Shown in pieces: positions 38,717 to 51,305 of a stretch of 64,000 nt of DNA. Under the pieces are notes generated by a model. It was not told the origin of the DNA. It ran no database searches and saw only the letters and a program-made list of their open reading frames with translations. The position numbers were made by a program, and so were the translations under genes. Source of the stretch: Chloroflexota bacterium (GTDB lineage: Bacteria > Chloroflexota > UBA11872 > VXOZ01); assembly GCA_963662335.2 (NCBI GenBank), contig CAXXVD010000002.1, forward strand, positions 320,001 to 384,000. The letters are read 5' to 3'. How positions within the stretch are numbered: position 1 is the first letter of the stretch; each line of letters begins with the position of its first letter.

Positions 38717-41700
38717 CTAACTATTCAATAGCTTCTTCACCACGTCTTCTACGGCCTTGCCTTCTTTGGATGCGCGGAGCCATTTGCGGAGTTCGCGGCG
38801 GGCTATGGTGACGGTTAGGGGGCGAGGGGTGCGGCGGTTGGCGGTGGTGGGGGTTTGGATGCGTTGGGCGCGGAGTTCGGCGAGTTGTGCGGCGGCGCCG
38901 GTGGCGGCGGACTGGCCGGCTGCGGCGGTGGCGGTGTGGAGCGGGTCGGTGGGGTTGAATTTGGGGATGGGGAGTTTCCAGAGGTGCTTGTGTAGGTGGC
39001 GGGTATTGCCAGCCCAGTTTGCGGTCGTGAACCTGTTGACTGCCGCTGCCAGGGTGTCGCTGTTGATGATTGCCAGCAGGTAATTGGCCTCTTGGTCATT
39101 GCTGCAAGCAATCCAAAACAACGTGTAATCGATTAAGGTGTCATCGTCCTGAAGCAACGCCGCTGTCGGCGCGCCCGATTGATTGTATATTACACGCACC
39201 GGTCTATTGCCCGAGTTCTGCTGCCAGTCGAGTTGTGCCGAAAGTTTGCCGTAATAGTCAAGCTGTTCCAAGAGGCTCAGCTTATTGGCAGTCGCCTTAT
39301 TTTGCTCCCAGAAGCCGCTAACGGTTTGCCAGCGCTCGCGCATTCGTCGTTCCAATCTGCCAAGATTAACACCCCTAGTGACATCGGAATCAATAGGTAG
39401 TTGGCGCTCTCCGCGATTCAGGGGCAGTATCGCATTTAGAGGGTCTAGAGTGACATATGGGGCCAACGTTTCACCCAAGTGGACACGGAAGCGATGTCGC
39501 TCCTCAATGGTCTGGCTTGTGATTGCAGCGAGGTCAAGGCTGCGCCACGGCTCTTTGTCATAGACACCCCGCCGCGGGTTCACGGTAACGGTCTGGCTGG
39601 TTTGGATAATGGCGGGGTTTTCGGTCTCGTGCACGAAGAATAGGCAGCGTGGAACCACCGTAGCGCCTTCCCGGGTATATGCGGCGTAAGGAGAAACGCT
39701 GCCCTCCGAGGTGTCCGTGATGGTTGCTAGTTCCCGCCGCACCTCGGAGGCACCGGCTTTGCCGCGCCAACTTTCCACAGAGCCCCGCAGGGGATTTGCT
39801 ACCTCGCTGTCACCTGTGCTCTGCGCAAACACGACGCACGCGGGAATGGGAAAGAAGGTATTGGGTTCCAGCCGTTCCAGGTCCCAGGCGCGCTTGTAGT
39901 CGAACTCTACCGACAAGGTAAAGGCATAGGAGCGATTGCGTCCCCGTCCCTGTGGTTTGGAACGCCACAGGCCGCTGCGCCACTTGGTGTACTGCCCGGT
40001 CTGCAGCGCGCTGTGGGGCATCACCATGCCGATTACGCCGCCGTTCTTCAGGTAGAGGTCAACGCAGCGGGTGAAGAAGAGGCCGGCCACGTCCTGGTGG
40101 GTGGCGTAGCGGCCGCCGGCCCAGATGCCGTAGCGGTCCTTGCTGAGGTCCTCCAAAGCCGTGCGCAGCGTGCTAACCGTTTGGTTGTAGTTCAGCCACG
40201 GCGGGTTGCCGATCACCACGTCCACTTTCTCGCGGCTCAGGACGACCGGGCGCACGAGGTTTCGGGTGTAGTAGGCCCAGATGTGGTTGCGGCCGGCGGC
40301 GTGGAGGTCTTGCATGACGGCGATGGTGGTTGTGAGGGTTTCCCGCTCGTTGGGGTCGGTGATGCCGTAGTCGTCCAGGGCGATGAGCGGGTCGGCGCCG
40401 CGCTCGATGGCGCCGGCAATATCGCTCATGAGCGGATCGAACGTGTCGGCGCGGGCGACCAGGCTCACGGGGAAGACCAAAGTGGTGTTCTTTTCGTCCT
40501 CCACCTCGATGGTGACGACGTGCGCGGCGAACATATCGCCGGTGTGGAAGCGCAGTTGCAGCGCGTCGCCCAGGTAGACGGGCACGGAGACGGGGCTGGC
40601 GTAGCCGGCGTTGGCGGCGGCCGTGATCGCCGGGCGCGCCGCCAGCGTCCACGCGGCCCGGGCCAGGTGCACGGCCACCGGATGCACGTCGATGCCGGTA
40701 ACGGCGGTGCGTATTTTTTCTATAGCCTCAATGGGGTCTAGCTTTGCCTGTTGAGCCGCTTCCAAAAAATGCGCCACCGCCGCCACGATGAACGTGCCGG
40801 AACCGCAGGCCGGATCGAGCACCCGTTGCGCCAGCGGCTCCGCCACCAACTCGCGCACCATCACGCGGGCGAGCCAGTCCGGCGTGTAGTATTCGCCCAG
40901 TTGGCGGCGCTCATCGGGCGGGATGACGGTCTCGTAGAGAATCGCGCCCACGTCGGCCGGGGCGTTGCGCCACTCGAAGCGCGCCACGCGCCGCGCCAGG
41001 GTCTTGACCAGCGAGAGGCCGCCCTCAACCTCGGCGGGCCAGGCGAAGAAGTCCGACTCCACGATGCCGTGCAAGCCGGTGGCGTTGTGAAAGCGGCTGC
41101 CGTGCAGCAGGGCGGCCGGCTCGCTCTCGGCCAGTTCGGCAATGTCGATGCCAAACGAGGCCTGCACCACCATGCCGATGGTCATGCTGAGATAGGTGTG
41201 GCGGACGAAGAGGTCGTCCATCTCGCCGGCGCCGCGAGCAATTTCGCCCAGGGCGGCCAGCAGCAGGTTGTGCCAGAGCCGCCGCTTGACGGCAATGGTC
41301 TCGCTGCCGGCGGCGGACTGATAGAGCTGCCTGAGCGTGTCGATGTCGCGTTGGTAGAGGATGCTGTCCGGCCCGAAACGCGCCTGGATGCGCTGGCGGT
41401 CGGGCTGCGTCTGCGGCTCGGCGGCCAGGGCCTCGTCCCGCAGCCAGCGGTAGAGGGCCGCGCCGGAATCGGGCGCATCCAGCGTAAAGGCATAGGGATA
41501 TGTGGTGCGCACCGCGCCCGCGCCGGGCCAGCGCAGCAGCCAGTGCTTGCCGTCGGTCAGAATGCCCAGGCGCGCGCCGCCGCCGGCCTGCGCCGACTGC
41601 GCCAGATAGTCGTCGAGTTGCTCCACGTAGTCGGGATTGGGGGAAATGCCGCCGGGGCCGATGCGGCGCTTGAATTCGATGAAGGTGTCCAGCGCCTTCA

Positions 41701-41893
41701 GGTCTACGGCCTGGCGGGAACCTTGCGCCGGCGGATTTTCTTCTTGAACGTCGGCCGCGCGCACGAGACCGGTGTTGATGAGAAAATCGCGCACGGCGCT
41801 GGTGATGTTGGCCTCGGCTTCGCGGTTGTCGTGCCGCCGCAGGATGTCGGCGGCGAGTTCGCTGAATTGGGCGGTGTCTTGTTCGGCGTCCAT
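38717..41893 (-). CDS. Type IIG restriction-modification enzyme (nuclease + N6-adenine MTase + TRD)
   Basis: N-terminal D..IEFK nuclease motif and GILTDG; LGEYYTPDW, LDPACGSGTF (motif I) and GNPPW (motif IV). Confidence 0.88.
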   Translation of the reverse strand: MDAEQDTAQFSELAADILRRHDNREAEANITSAVRDFLINTGLVRAADVQEENPPAQGSRQAVDLKALDTFIEFKRRIGPGGISPNPDYVEQLDDYLAQSAQAGGGARLGILTDGKHWLLRWPGAGAVRTTYPYAFTLDAPDSGAALYRWLRDEALAAEPQTQPDRQRIQARFGPDSILYQRDIDTLRQLYQSAAGSETIAVKRRLWHNLLLAALGEIARGAGEMDDLFVRHTYLSMTIGMVVQASFGIDIAELAESEPAALLHGSRFHNATGLHGIVESDFFAWPAEVEGGLSLVKTLARRVARFEWRNAPADVGAILYETVIPPDERRQLGEYYTPDWLARVMVRELVAEPLAQRVLDPACGSGTFIVAAVAHFLEAAQQAKLDPIEAIEKIRTAVTGIDVHPVAVHLARAAWTLAARPAITAAANAGYASPVSVPVYLGDALQLRFHTGDMFAAHVVTIEVEDEKNTTLVFPVSLVARADTFDPLMSDIAGAIERGADPLIALDDYGITDPNERETLTTTIAVMQDLHAAGRNHIWAYYTRNLVRPVVLSREKVDVVIGNPPWLNYNQTVSTLRTALEDLSKDRYGIWAGGRYATHQDVAGLFFTRCVDLYLKNGGVIGMVMPHSALQTGQYTKWRSGLWRSKPQGRGRNRSYAFTLSVEFDYKRAWDLERLEPNTFFPIPACVVFAQSTGDSEVANPLRGSVESWRGKAGASEVRRELATITDTSEGSVSPYAAYTREGATVVPRCLFFVHETENPAIIQTSQTVTVNPRRGVYDKEPWRSLDLAAITSQTIEERHRFRVHLGETLAPYVTLDPLNAILPLNRGERQLPIDSDVTRGVNLGRLERRMRERWQTVSGFWEQNKATANKLSLLEQLDYYGKLSAQLDWQQNSGNRPVRVIYNQSGAPTAALLQDDDTLIDYTLFWIACSNDQEANYLLAIINSDTLAAAVNRFTTANWAGNTRHLHKHLWKLPIPKFNPTDPLHTATAAAGQSAATGAAAQLAELRAQRIQTPTTANRRTPRPLTVTIARRELRKWLRASKEGKAVEDVVKKLLNS

Positions 41894-41978
41894 GGGTTTC
41901 TCCGCCTCGGAGGGGAACGGCCGCCTGCGGCGGCTAGGATTGTCTACTACTCTATCCCACGCGCGGCGCATAGCCAAT

Positions 41979-42259
41979 GCGGGGGACAAGCCCCCGCGCT
42001 ACGGTTTGACGGTTCAGGCTCAGTGGGAATGGGGATTACGTGCGCTGGGAGTTCGTTGAAGAGGCGGGGGACAAGCCCCCGCGCTACGGTTTGACGGTTC
42101 AGGCTCAGTGGGAATGGGGATTACGCGCGTCGGGGTTTCGTTGAAGAGGCGGGGGACAAGCCCCCGCGCTACGGTTTGACGGTTCAGGCTCAGTGGGAAT
42201 GGGGATTACGCGCGTCGGGGTTTCGTTGAAGAGGCGGGGGACAAGCCCCCGCGCTACGG
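41979..42259 (+). repeat. 85-bp tandem repeat (3 units plus a partial) built on a GTAG-type REP
   Basis: GCGGGGGACAAGCCCCCGCGCTACGG at 41979, 42064, 42149 and 42234 with near-identical linkers. Confidence 0.92.
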
Positions 42260-42378
42260 CGTGATCGTTCAGGTGGTCTGGGCGCGTCCGGCCCGGCTCA
42301 CGCGGCAGGCGCATCAGGGGTAGAATAGAAGAAGTGAGACTCCCCCGCCGGTTGATTCTCAGAAACGAGCGTATTCGC

Positions 42379-43971
42379 ATGGACGTACCACCGCCGAGAG
42401 GCAATGCGCGGTCTGCCGGCGCGCTTGCGCGTGGCGCGCGGGCCGTGCATGGGGTTGTTGCGCTCGCGGCGGCGCTTTGCCTGCTCGCGCCGTGCGTGCC
42501 GTTGCACGCGGCGGACGCCACGCCTGAAGAGCAGGCAATCGCGCGGCTCAATGAGTTGCGCGCCCATGCGCAGGCGCCGCCGGTGCGGGCCGACCCGGCT
42601 TTGCGGCGGGCGGCGGAGTCCCACGCGGCGTACTACGCGCTGCATGGCTTCAGCGGGCACCGGCAGGAGCCGACGAGGCCCGGCTTTAGCGGGGTGACGC
42701 CCGCGGATCGCCTGCGCGCCGCCGGGTTCGCCGGCGCGTGCAGCGGCGAGTCGGCTACCACCATCGCCGCCGAGCCGGTGGCGGCGGTGGATTCCCTGGT
42801 AAACAGCGTCTATCACCGCACCGTCATGCTCCATCCGGCGCTGACGCTGGTGGGCTTCGGCCAGAGCGCGGGCGGCAGCGTCTTCGTCTTTGGCGGTTGC
42901 CTGAACGGCCTGCCGGAGGTGAACCGCCTCCACGTCTATCCCGGGGCGGGCCAGACCGGCGTGCCCCACAGTTTCTTGCCCCGCAGCGAGCGCCCCAACC
43001 CGCTGCCGGACGCGGCCGGCTACGTCGGCAGTCCCATTAGCATCGGCCTCGCGCCGTGGGCGGACGCGCCGCCTGAGATCATTGAAGTACGGATCTTCGA
43101 CCAGGCCGGGGTGTCATTGCCGCACCGCCGCGTGGACGACGGCGGCTGGGCGTACTTCATGACGCTGCTGCCGCTGGGCGCGGGCCAGACCCACACGGTG
43201 CGCGTGGTGGGCGCAACCGACGACGGCGCGGAGACGTTTGCCCGCGCCTGGTCGTTCACCACGCAATCCGCCTTCCTGCCGCGCACGCTGCGCCTGCGCT
43301 TCACCCAGGGCCCGCCGCGCCTCCTCAGCGAGTACGTGACGGACGACGTCGCCTGCTACGGCCAGACCGTCGATTCCGCCGCGCCCACGCTTAACGGCAA
43401 CGCGCTGCTCCTGCCCTGCTACGACGTGGCGGACGACCCGGCGGCGTACGGCGGCGTGCCCTTCCTCACCGGGTTCGAGCAGCTTGGGGGCGTCGCGGCG
43501 CTGGGCTATCCGCTCACGCGGGCCATTACCTATGAAGGCAAGCCGACGCAGTTCTTCCAGAAGGGCGTGTTGCAGTGGCAGCCGCGGATGCAGACGTTTA
43601 CGTTCCTCGCGGTCTTCGACATTCTCAGCGAGCGGGGATACGACGCGGCGCTGGCCGCCGACTACCTGATCCCGCCGCCGGCCGACACCGCCGCCGAGGT
43701 GGGGCTGACGTGGGATGAGATCGTTGCCCGCCGCGTCGCCATGATGGCGCAAGCGCCGCCGCTTGCCGCCTACGTATTGAATACGCCGCGCTGGCTGGAG
43801 CGCTACGGCCTGCCGGTGAGCGTCCAGGACTACGGCGACGTGGTCGTCCTCCGCGCCCAGCGGGCGGCGTTTCAGTGGTGGCGCGTGGATACGGCCTTTG
43901 CCCGCGCCGGAACCGTCACCGTGGTGAACAGCGGGGAGATTGCCAAAGCGCTCCGCGGGCTGGCGCAGTGA
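42379..43971 (+). CDS. Secreted CAP (SCP)-domain protein with C-terminal cell-envelope repeats
   Basis: Signal peptide; LNELR, AAESHA.Y, SVYHR; C-terminal GGVAALGYPLT..QFFQKGVLQW and YGLPVS repeats. Confidence 0.8.
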   Translation: MDVPPPRGNARSAGALARGARAVHGVVALAAALCLLAPCVPLHAADATPEEQAIARLNELRAHAQAPPVRADPALRRAAESHAAYYALHGFSGHRQEPTRPGFSGVTPADRLRAAGFAGACSGESATTIAAEPVAAVDSLVNSVYHRTVMLHPALTLVGFGQSAGGSVFVFGGCLNGLPEVNRLHVYPGAGQTGVPHSFLPRSERPNPLPDAAGYVGSPISIGLAPWADAPPEIIEVRIFDQAGVSLPHRRVDDGGWAYFMTLLPLGAGQTHTVRVVGATDDGAETFARAWSFTTQSAFLPRTLRLRFTQGPPRLLSEYVTDDVACYGQTVDSAAPTLNGNALLLPCYDVADDPAAYGGVPFLTGFEQLGGVAALGYPLTRAITYEGKPTQFFQKGVLQWQPRMQTFTFLAVFDILSERGYDAALAADYLIPPPADTAAEVGLTWDEIVARRVAMMAQAPPLAAYVLNTPRWLERYGLPVSVQDYGDVVVLRAQRAAFQWWRVDTAFARAGTVTVVNSGEIAKALRGLAQ

Positions 43972-44073
43972 GGCGCGGCCGGCCGGCGGTTTGAAGCCGA
44001 CGCTATCCGTTCGGTACACTGGACTCTGTGAGCGCCGCGACCGGACGCCGCGCCCCCACAGAACCCGGAACGC

Positions 44074-44748
44074 ATGATATTCGACTTTCATTCCCATACG
44101 TTTCTCAGCGACGGCGTGCTCTCGCCGGCGGAGCTCGTGCAGCGCGCGGTTGCCGCCGGCTACCGGGCGATAGCGATCACGGATCACGTGGGTTTCGCCA
44201 ATTACCAGTACGTGTGCGAAGCCTTGCGGCGCGAGTGTGAGGTCGTCGAGCGCGAGTTGGCGATTACGGCGCTCGCCGGCGTGGAGATTACCCACGTCGC
44301 GCCGCGGGCGCTCGGCGCGCTGGCGGAGCGCTGCAAGGCGGCCGGCGCGCAGGTGGTGGCGGTGCACGGCGAGACGATCACGGAACCGGTGCCGCCGGGC
44401 ACGAACGCCGCGGCGGCGGAATGCGGCGCGGTTGACGTGCTGGCGCACCCTGGCCTGCTCACGGCGGCGGACGCCGGCGCGGGACACGCGCGCGGCCTGT
44501 TCTTCGAACTCAGCGCGCGCAAGGGGCACAGCGCTGCCAACGGCCGGGTGGCGCGGATCTGCCGGGAGGTGGGCGCGAGAATGCTCGTGAACAGCGACGC
44601 GCACGCCCCGGATGACCTCCTGACGGCCGGGCGGGTGGAAAAGATAATCCTGGGCGCGGGACTCGACCCCGCGCACGTAGACGCCATCCGGCGGGAGAAC
44701 CCGGCCGCGCTGCTGCGGCGGTGCGGCGTCTCGCCCGACACGAAGTAG
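44074..44748 (+). CDS. PHP-domain phosphoesterase (histidinol-phosphatase-like)
   Basis: DFHSHTFLSDG, ITDH, GVEITH, VHGET, LAHPG and NSDAH motifs. Confidence 0.85.
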   Translation: MIFDFHSHTFLSDGVLSPAELVQRAVAAGYRAIAITDHVGFANYQYVCEALRRECEVVERELAITALAGVEITHVAPRALGALAERCKAAGAQVVAVHGETITEPVPPGTNAAAAECGAVDVLAHPGLLTAADAGAGHARGLFFELSARKGHSAANGRVARICREVGARMLVNSDAHAPDDLLTAGRVEKIILGAGLDPAHVDAIRRENPAALLRRCGVSPDTK

Positions 44749-44773
44749 CAAAGCGAGGACAAGAGAGCAAACA

Positions 44774-47245
<2,472 letters not shown>

Positions 47246-47320
47246 CGTGGCGCCGGCCGCCACCGGCCGCAGGCGCGCGCCGCTTGCCACGATTTAACGC
47301 GCAGAGAAAGGAATCCTAGC

Positions 47321-47938
47321 GTGCTCAATGAAAACTGTCTCTGGTTGATAGACGGCGGCTACATCTTCAATGCGCAGCGGTCGCTTGGTGTGGACTATGC
47401 CGTGGACTACCTCAAACTCCGCACGAAGATCGAGCAGAGTTCCACGATTTGGCGCGCCTACTACCTCAATTCCATTCCAAATTCGCCATCGGAAGGGCAG
47501 AACAGCTTTCACAATTGGCTGGAGTCCGGGCCGCCGAAAGGCCCCAAGATCATCACGCAACTCTATGAGCTCAAGACGATCAGGGCCGACTCCGCCTACT
47601 GCGAAGACTGCGAGGGCAAGATCCGGCTCACCTGCCCGCACGGCAGCTACCATCACATCGTGCGGGAGCAGCAAAAGGGCGTGGACGTGGGACTGGCCAC
47701 GCTGGCGCTTACGCACCTTGACAAATATGAGACGCTGCTGCTCTCCTCAGGCGACAGCGACCTGCTGCCCGCCGTTGAGTTCCTCTCCGAGCGCGGCAAG
47801 CGCATCGTGCTCGTGGTCTTTCAAGAAGGGGTCTCCACGAAACTCCAGTGCCGCGCCGACGAAATCCTCTGGGTGGATGACTTCGCCGGGGAAGTCCAGC
47901 GGGAAGCGCGCGACTCCTACGCCAGCCTTCACACGTAG
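47321..47938 (+). CDS. NYN (LabA/DUF88) domain protein
   Basis: LIDGGY, QKGVDV and SGDSDL motifs, with a CxxC..C insert. Confidence 0.88.
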   Translation: MLNENCLWLIDGGYIFNAQRSLGVDYAVDYLKLRTKIEQSSTIWRAYYLNSIPNSPSEGQNSFHNWLESGPPKGPKIITQLYELKTIRADSAYCEDCEGKIRLTCPHGSYHHIVREQQKGVDVGLATLALTHLDKYETLLLSSGDSDLLPAVEFLSERGKRIVLVVFQEGVSTKLQCRADEILWVDDFAGEVQREARDSYASLHT

Positions 47939-49068
47939 TGCCGCAGCGTGTTTGCGACGCGCTTGAAGACGTGGATGGCCCGCTGCGCCCCCTGGTGCTT
48001 GCCCGCCGTGCCGTTGTTGATTTCGTAGAAGGCGTGGGGCACGTTGAGGCGCTTGGCGAACTGGTAGCAGAGCGTGTTGGGTTGATGGATGCTGGGGCGC
48101 TCGTGGGTTGACGGGCCGTCGGTCTCCAGGCGCATGGTGTCGCAAATGGCGGCGTAGCGTTCACGCTGCGCGGGATCGCTGAAGAGGCCGTAGTCCGCGA
48201 CCTCGTACCAGCCGTCGTAGGGAAACTCGCTGTTCAGCCGCCAGCCGGTGTAGCAGTGGAAGTTCAACCAGAGCGCCGGCCTCTCCGTTTCCACCCATTG
48301 CCACAGCAGGCGGCTCTCGTGGGCCTCCGGCAAGGCGGCGTCGGGAGTCTCCCCAAACGCCTGGTACATGTCATAGCCCTCGGCGTTGAAGGCGTTGCGG
48401 CCGAGTACGTTGCCGTCCGGGTTCACCGTGGGCACGACGAACACGTCGAGTTGCTCACGCAACGCCGCGGCCGCCGGCAAGAGCGAGGTGATGAAGTCGC
48501 CAATGCCCAGCACGCCCCAGACGCCGGCGTGCTCGTGGGGGTGCTGGCCGGCCACGCAGAAGAGCTTCGGCTTGCCCGGCGTGCCGGCGCGCAGGCCCAG
48601 GATTTCACGGCCTTGCACGGTCGTTCCTACGCTGAAGAGGTCGCAGCGGCCGGGCCGCTCCACCGCGAAGTGGCGCAGGGAGGCGGCAACCTCGCTGTAC
48701 GGCGCAACGTACGTCATGGCCACCCGCACGCGCTGGTCGGCCTCCACGGGCACGGTGAATACCGCGTGGTCGCGTTCGCACGGCGGCGGCGCGCTGGGCA
48801 GCGGGCGGTAGCGGTGGAAATCCACCGGCTTGAACCAGACGGTGGTGGGAAAGAGCGAGTGAAAGCCGGTCGGGCCGCCGAACTTGGCGTCTTCCCAGAG
48901 TTCGATTGTCACGTCCGCCGCCGGCCCCTCGTTGACCACGTCGAAGCAGAAGTAGCCGCAGTAGCCGCTCTGCTTGTCCCCGTCCACCTGCAAGCGAAAG
49001 CGGTCCGCCGCCGTCTGCTCGATTTCCTTGCCGTTGCCGCACTCCACGTCGCTGGTTAGGCGGATCAC
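47929..49068 (-). CDS. M14-family zinc carboxypeptidase
   Basis: GQHPHE, VNPDG, GRN and NFHC motifs; GTG start with AAGGAG RBS. Confidence 0.8.
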   Translation of the reverse strand: MIRLTSDVECGNGKEIEQTAADRFRLQVDGDKQSGYCGYFCFDVVNEGPAADVTIELWEDAKFGGPTGFHSLFPTTVWFKPVDFHRYRPLPSAPPPCERDHAVFTVPVEADQRVRVAMTYVAPYSEVAASLRHFAVERPGRCDLFSVGTTVQGREILGLRAGTPGKPKLFCVAGQHPHEHAGVWGVLGIGDFITSLLPAAAALREQLDVFVVPTVNPDGNVLGRNAFNAEGYDMYQAFGETPDAALPEAHESRLLWQWVETERPALWLNFHCYTGWRLNSEFPYDGWYEVADYGLFSDPAQRERYAAICDTMRLETDGPSTHERPSIHQPNTLCYQFAKRLNVPHAFYEINNGTAGKHQGAQRAIHVFKRVANTLRHYV

Positions 49069-49371
49069 TTGGACTCTCCTTGAGAATAACTTGCTCGGTT
49101 GCGCTCGCTCTCGACCCGTAATCGTGGCGTCACCAGTGTACGCCATCCGGTGGGCAGACAACTAGCGTTGGCGGTGTTCGCAACCGCCGGCTGCCGCTCG
49201 CGCGCCACGCGCGAGTCGGCCTCCCGCAGTGTGCCGCCACCGCCGGCCATGCTACTATCAAGCTGGCATGGCTGCGCGGCGCGGCGGCAGAGCACTGGCA
49301 GGCGCGAGCGCGGCGGCAGAGCGCGCAGATGCGCGCAGCGGCAACCGGCGCCGCGAAAGGGGAAGCCAGAG

Positions 49372-50049
49372 ATGCGCTTCGACGAACCCGCCCGGAAAGA
49401 GGACAACTCCGTCTTCGCCATCGACCACATCCAGAACCCAAACCGGCTGTGGGCGCTGCCGGTGATCGGCGGCGTGACGAAGCACATTGTCTTGCTGCCG
49501 GTAGCGTTCTGGCTGCTCGTCGTGCTCTGGGCCGCGTTCGGCCTCAGCGTCATCAACAGTTTCGTCGTCTACTTCACGGGCGCGTACTGGCGGCCGGCCT
49601 ATGCGCTGGCCCTGGGTTCCATGCGGCTCACGGCTAAGGCCAACTGCTTCTTCCTGGGCCTCAGCGACCGGTATCCCGGGTTTTCACTGGACTCTGGCTC
49701 TGAGATCAGGCTGGAGATGCCAATGCCTGCACGGCCAAACCGCCTGCTCGCGGCGCCGCTGGCCGGCGGCCTCTTCCGGTTCGCCGTGCTCGTGCCCTGC
49801 TTCATCTACATGTTCGTCATGGGGCTGCTGGTCTATCTCCTGTTCTGGCTCACGTGGATCCCCGTGCTGCTACTCGGGCAGTACCCGGAAGGCCTCTTCA
49901 ACGTGATGGTGTACTACCAGCGGCTCCGGCTGCGGGTGTCCGCCTATACGTTTGGGCTGTCGGACAGCTATCCGCTGTTCGATGACGGTCTTGGGCCGGA
50001 CGAGTGGGGCCCGGGGCGGCACGATCGGGTATTCCGGCCTCTACCTTGA
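49372..50049 (+). CDS. DUF4389-domain membrane protein
   Basis: Internal repeat PNRL..P..GG...FTGxY / GQYP...LSDxYP.F. Confidence 0.8.
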   Translation: MRFDEPARKEDNSVFAIDHIQNPNRLWALPVIGGVTKHIVLLPVAFWLLVVLWAAFGLSVINSFVVYFTGAYWRPAYALALGSMRLTAKANCFFLGLSDRYPGFSLDSGSEIRLEMPMPARPNRLLAAPLAGGLFRFAVLVPCFIYMFVMGLLVYLLFWLTWIPVLLLGQYPEGLFNVMVYYQRLRLRVSAYTFGLSDSYPLFDDGLGPDEWGPGRHDRVFRPLP

Positions 50050-50089
50050 AATTTTGTGCTCAGATGAAGTCCTAGAACGGCGCACACCC

Positions 50090-51286
50090 ATGCTTGCTCT
50101 TGATAGGATGGACGGCGCGGCCCTGGGGCGCTATCTCGCGGCGCGGGGCGCGCTTGATTCCGACGCGCCGGTTGCGGTGAATCCGCTGGACGGCGGCGTC
50201 TCGAACATCGTGCTGCGGGTGACGACTCCCACGCGATGCCTGGTGCTCAAGCAGGCACTGCCGGAACTGCGGGTTGCGGCGTACTGGCCCTCCCGCGTCG
50301 ACCGCGCCCTGCGCGAGGCGGAGGCGCTGCGCGTCGCGGCGGCGCATCTGCCGCCCGGCACGGTGCCGGACGTGCGCTTCATCGATGAGGAGAACTTCAT
50401 CTACGGCATGTCGTGCGCGCCCGCAACGGCCACACTCTGGAAGGAAGACCTGCTGGCCGGGCAGGTGGAGACGCCGGTGGCCGCGGCGGCGGGCCGCCTG
50501 CTGGCGCAATTGCACGACATCCAGGAACCGGCGGTGCGAGAGCGCTTCAGCGACGACGAGGTCTTCTGGCAACTGCGCGTCGATCCCTACTACAACACGA
50601 CGGCGGACGCGCACCCGTCCCTGCGCCCGGTCTTTGCGCGGGCGATCGCCCACATGCAGGCGCGCAAGACCGCGCTGGTGCACGGGGACTATAGTCCGAA
50701 GAATATGTTCGTCGTGCACGAGAAGATGGATTCCCGCGCACGCGGGAATGGCGATGAGAGCGCGCCGCCACGCGGCCTTGCCGGGGAGCGTGATGAGGAA
50801 CGCGGAAATCTGGAACGGAGTACGTGCGCGGCACCGCCAACCGCAGGTTGCAAACCTGCGCTACCGGAGGAAGCCGGCTATCCGCCCAGTAGCAGCAAGC
50901 GGAGCGCTCGCTCCATCCTGCTGCTCGACTTCGAGGTGGTGCACTGGGGCGACCCGGCGTTCGATCTGGCCTTCTGCGTCAACCATCTGCTCATCAAGTC
51001 CATCGTCAACGCGCACGCGCAGGCGGCGTACTTCCAGGCGGTAACGGCGCTGCTGGCGGGCTATCGCGACGCGCTGCCGGGCGTGGATTGGGCGGAGTTA
51101 GAGGCCGAAACGCGCTTGCAACTTGGCTGCCTGATGCTGGCGCGCATCGACGGCAAGTCGCCGGTGGAGTACATTACGGATGAGCCGACCAAGGAGACGG
51201 TGCGGCGGGTGAGCCGCTTTGTCTTGCGGGAGCAGCCGGGGATGGACGACGTGTACGCGCGCATTGCCGGAGAGACGGCGCCGTGA
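50090..51286 (+). CDS. APH / methylthioribose-kinase-like phosphotransferase with in-frame repeat insertion
   Basis: GGVSN, KQAL, LRVDPYY, HGDYSPKN, LDFE and GDPAFD; about 65 extra residues between KN and LDFE. Confidence 0.85.
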   Translation: MLALDRMDGAALGRYLAARGALDSDAPVAVNPLDGGVSNIVLRVTTPTRCLVLKQALPELRVAAYWPSRVDRALREAEALRVAAAHLPPGTVPDVRFIDEENFIYGMSCAPATATLWKEDLLAGQVETPVAAAAGRLLAQLHDIQEPAVRERFSDDEVFWQLRVDPYYNTTADAHPSLRPVFARAIAHMQARKTALVHGDYSPKNMFVVHEKMDSRARGNGDESAPPRGLAGERDEERGNLERSTCAAPPTAGCKPALPEEAGYPPSSSKRSARSILLLDFEVVHWGDPAFDLAFCVNHLLIKSIVNAHAQAAYFQAVTALLAGYRDALPGVDWAELEAETRLQLGCLMLARIDGKSPVEYITDEPTKETVRRVSRFVLREQPGMDDVYARIAGETAP

Positions 51287-51305
51287 TGCGGGCGGACGAT
51301 TTGCC

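Noticed and set aside
41979-42259. CRISPR-like array of 26-bp palindromic repeats
   Set aside because: Spacers are near-identical to each other, the repeat is a dispersed REP found across the window, and there are no cas genes.
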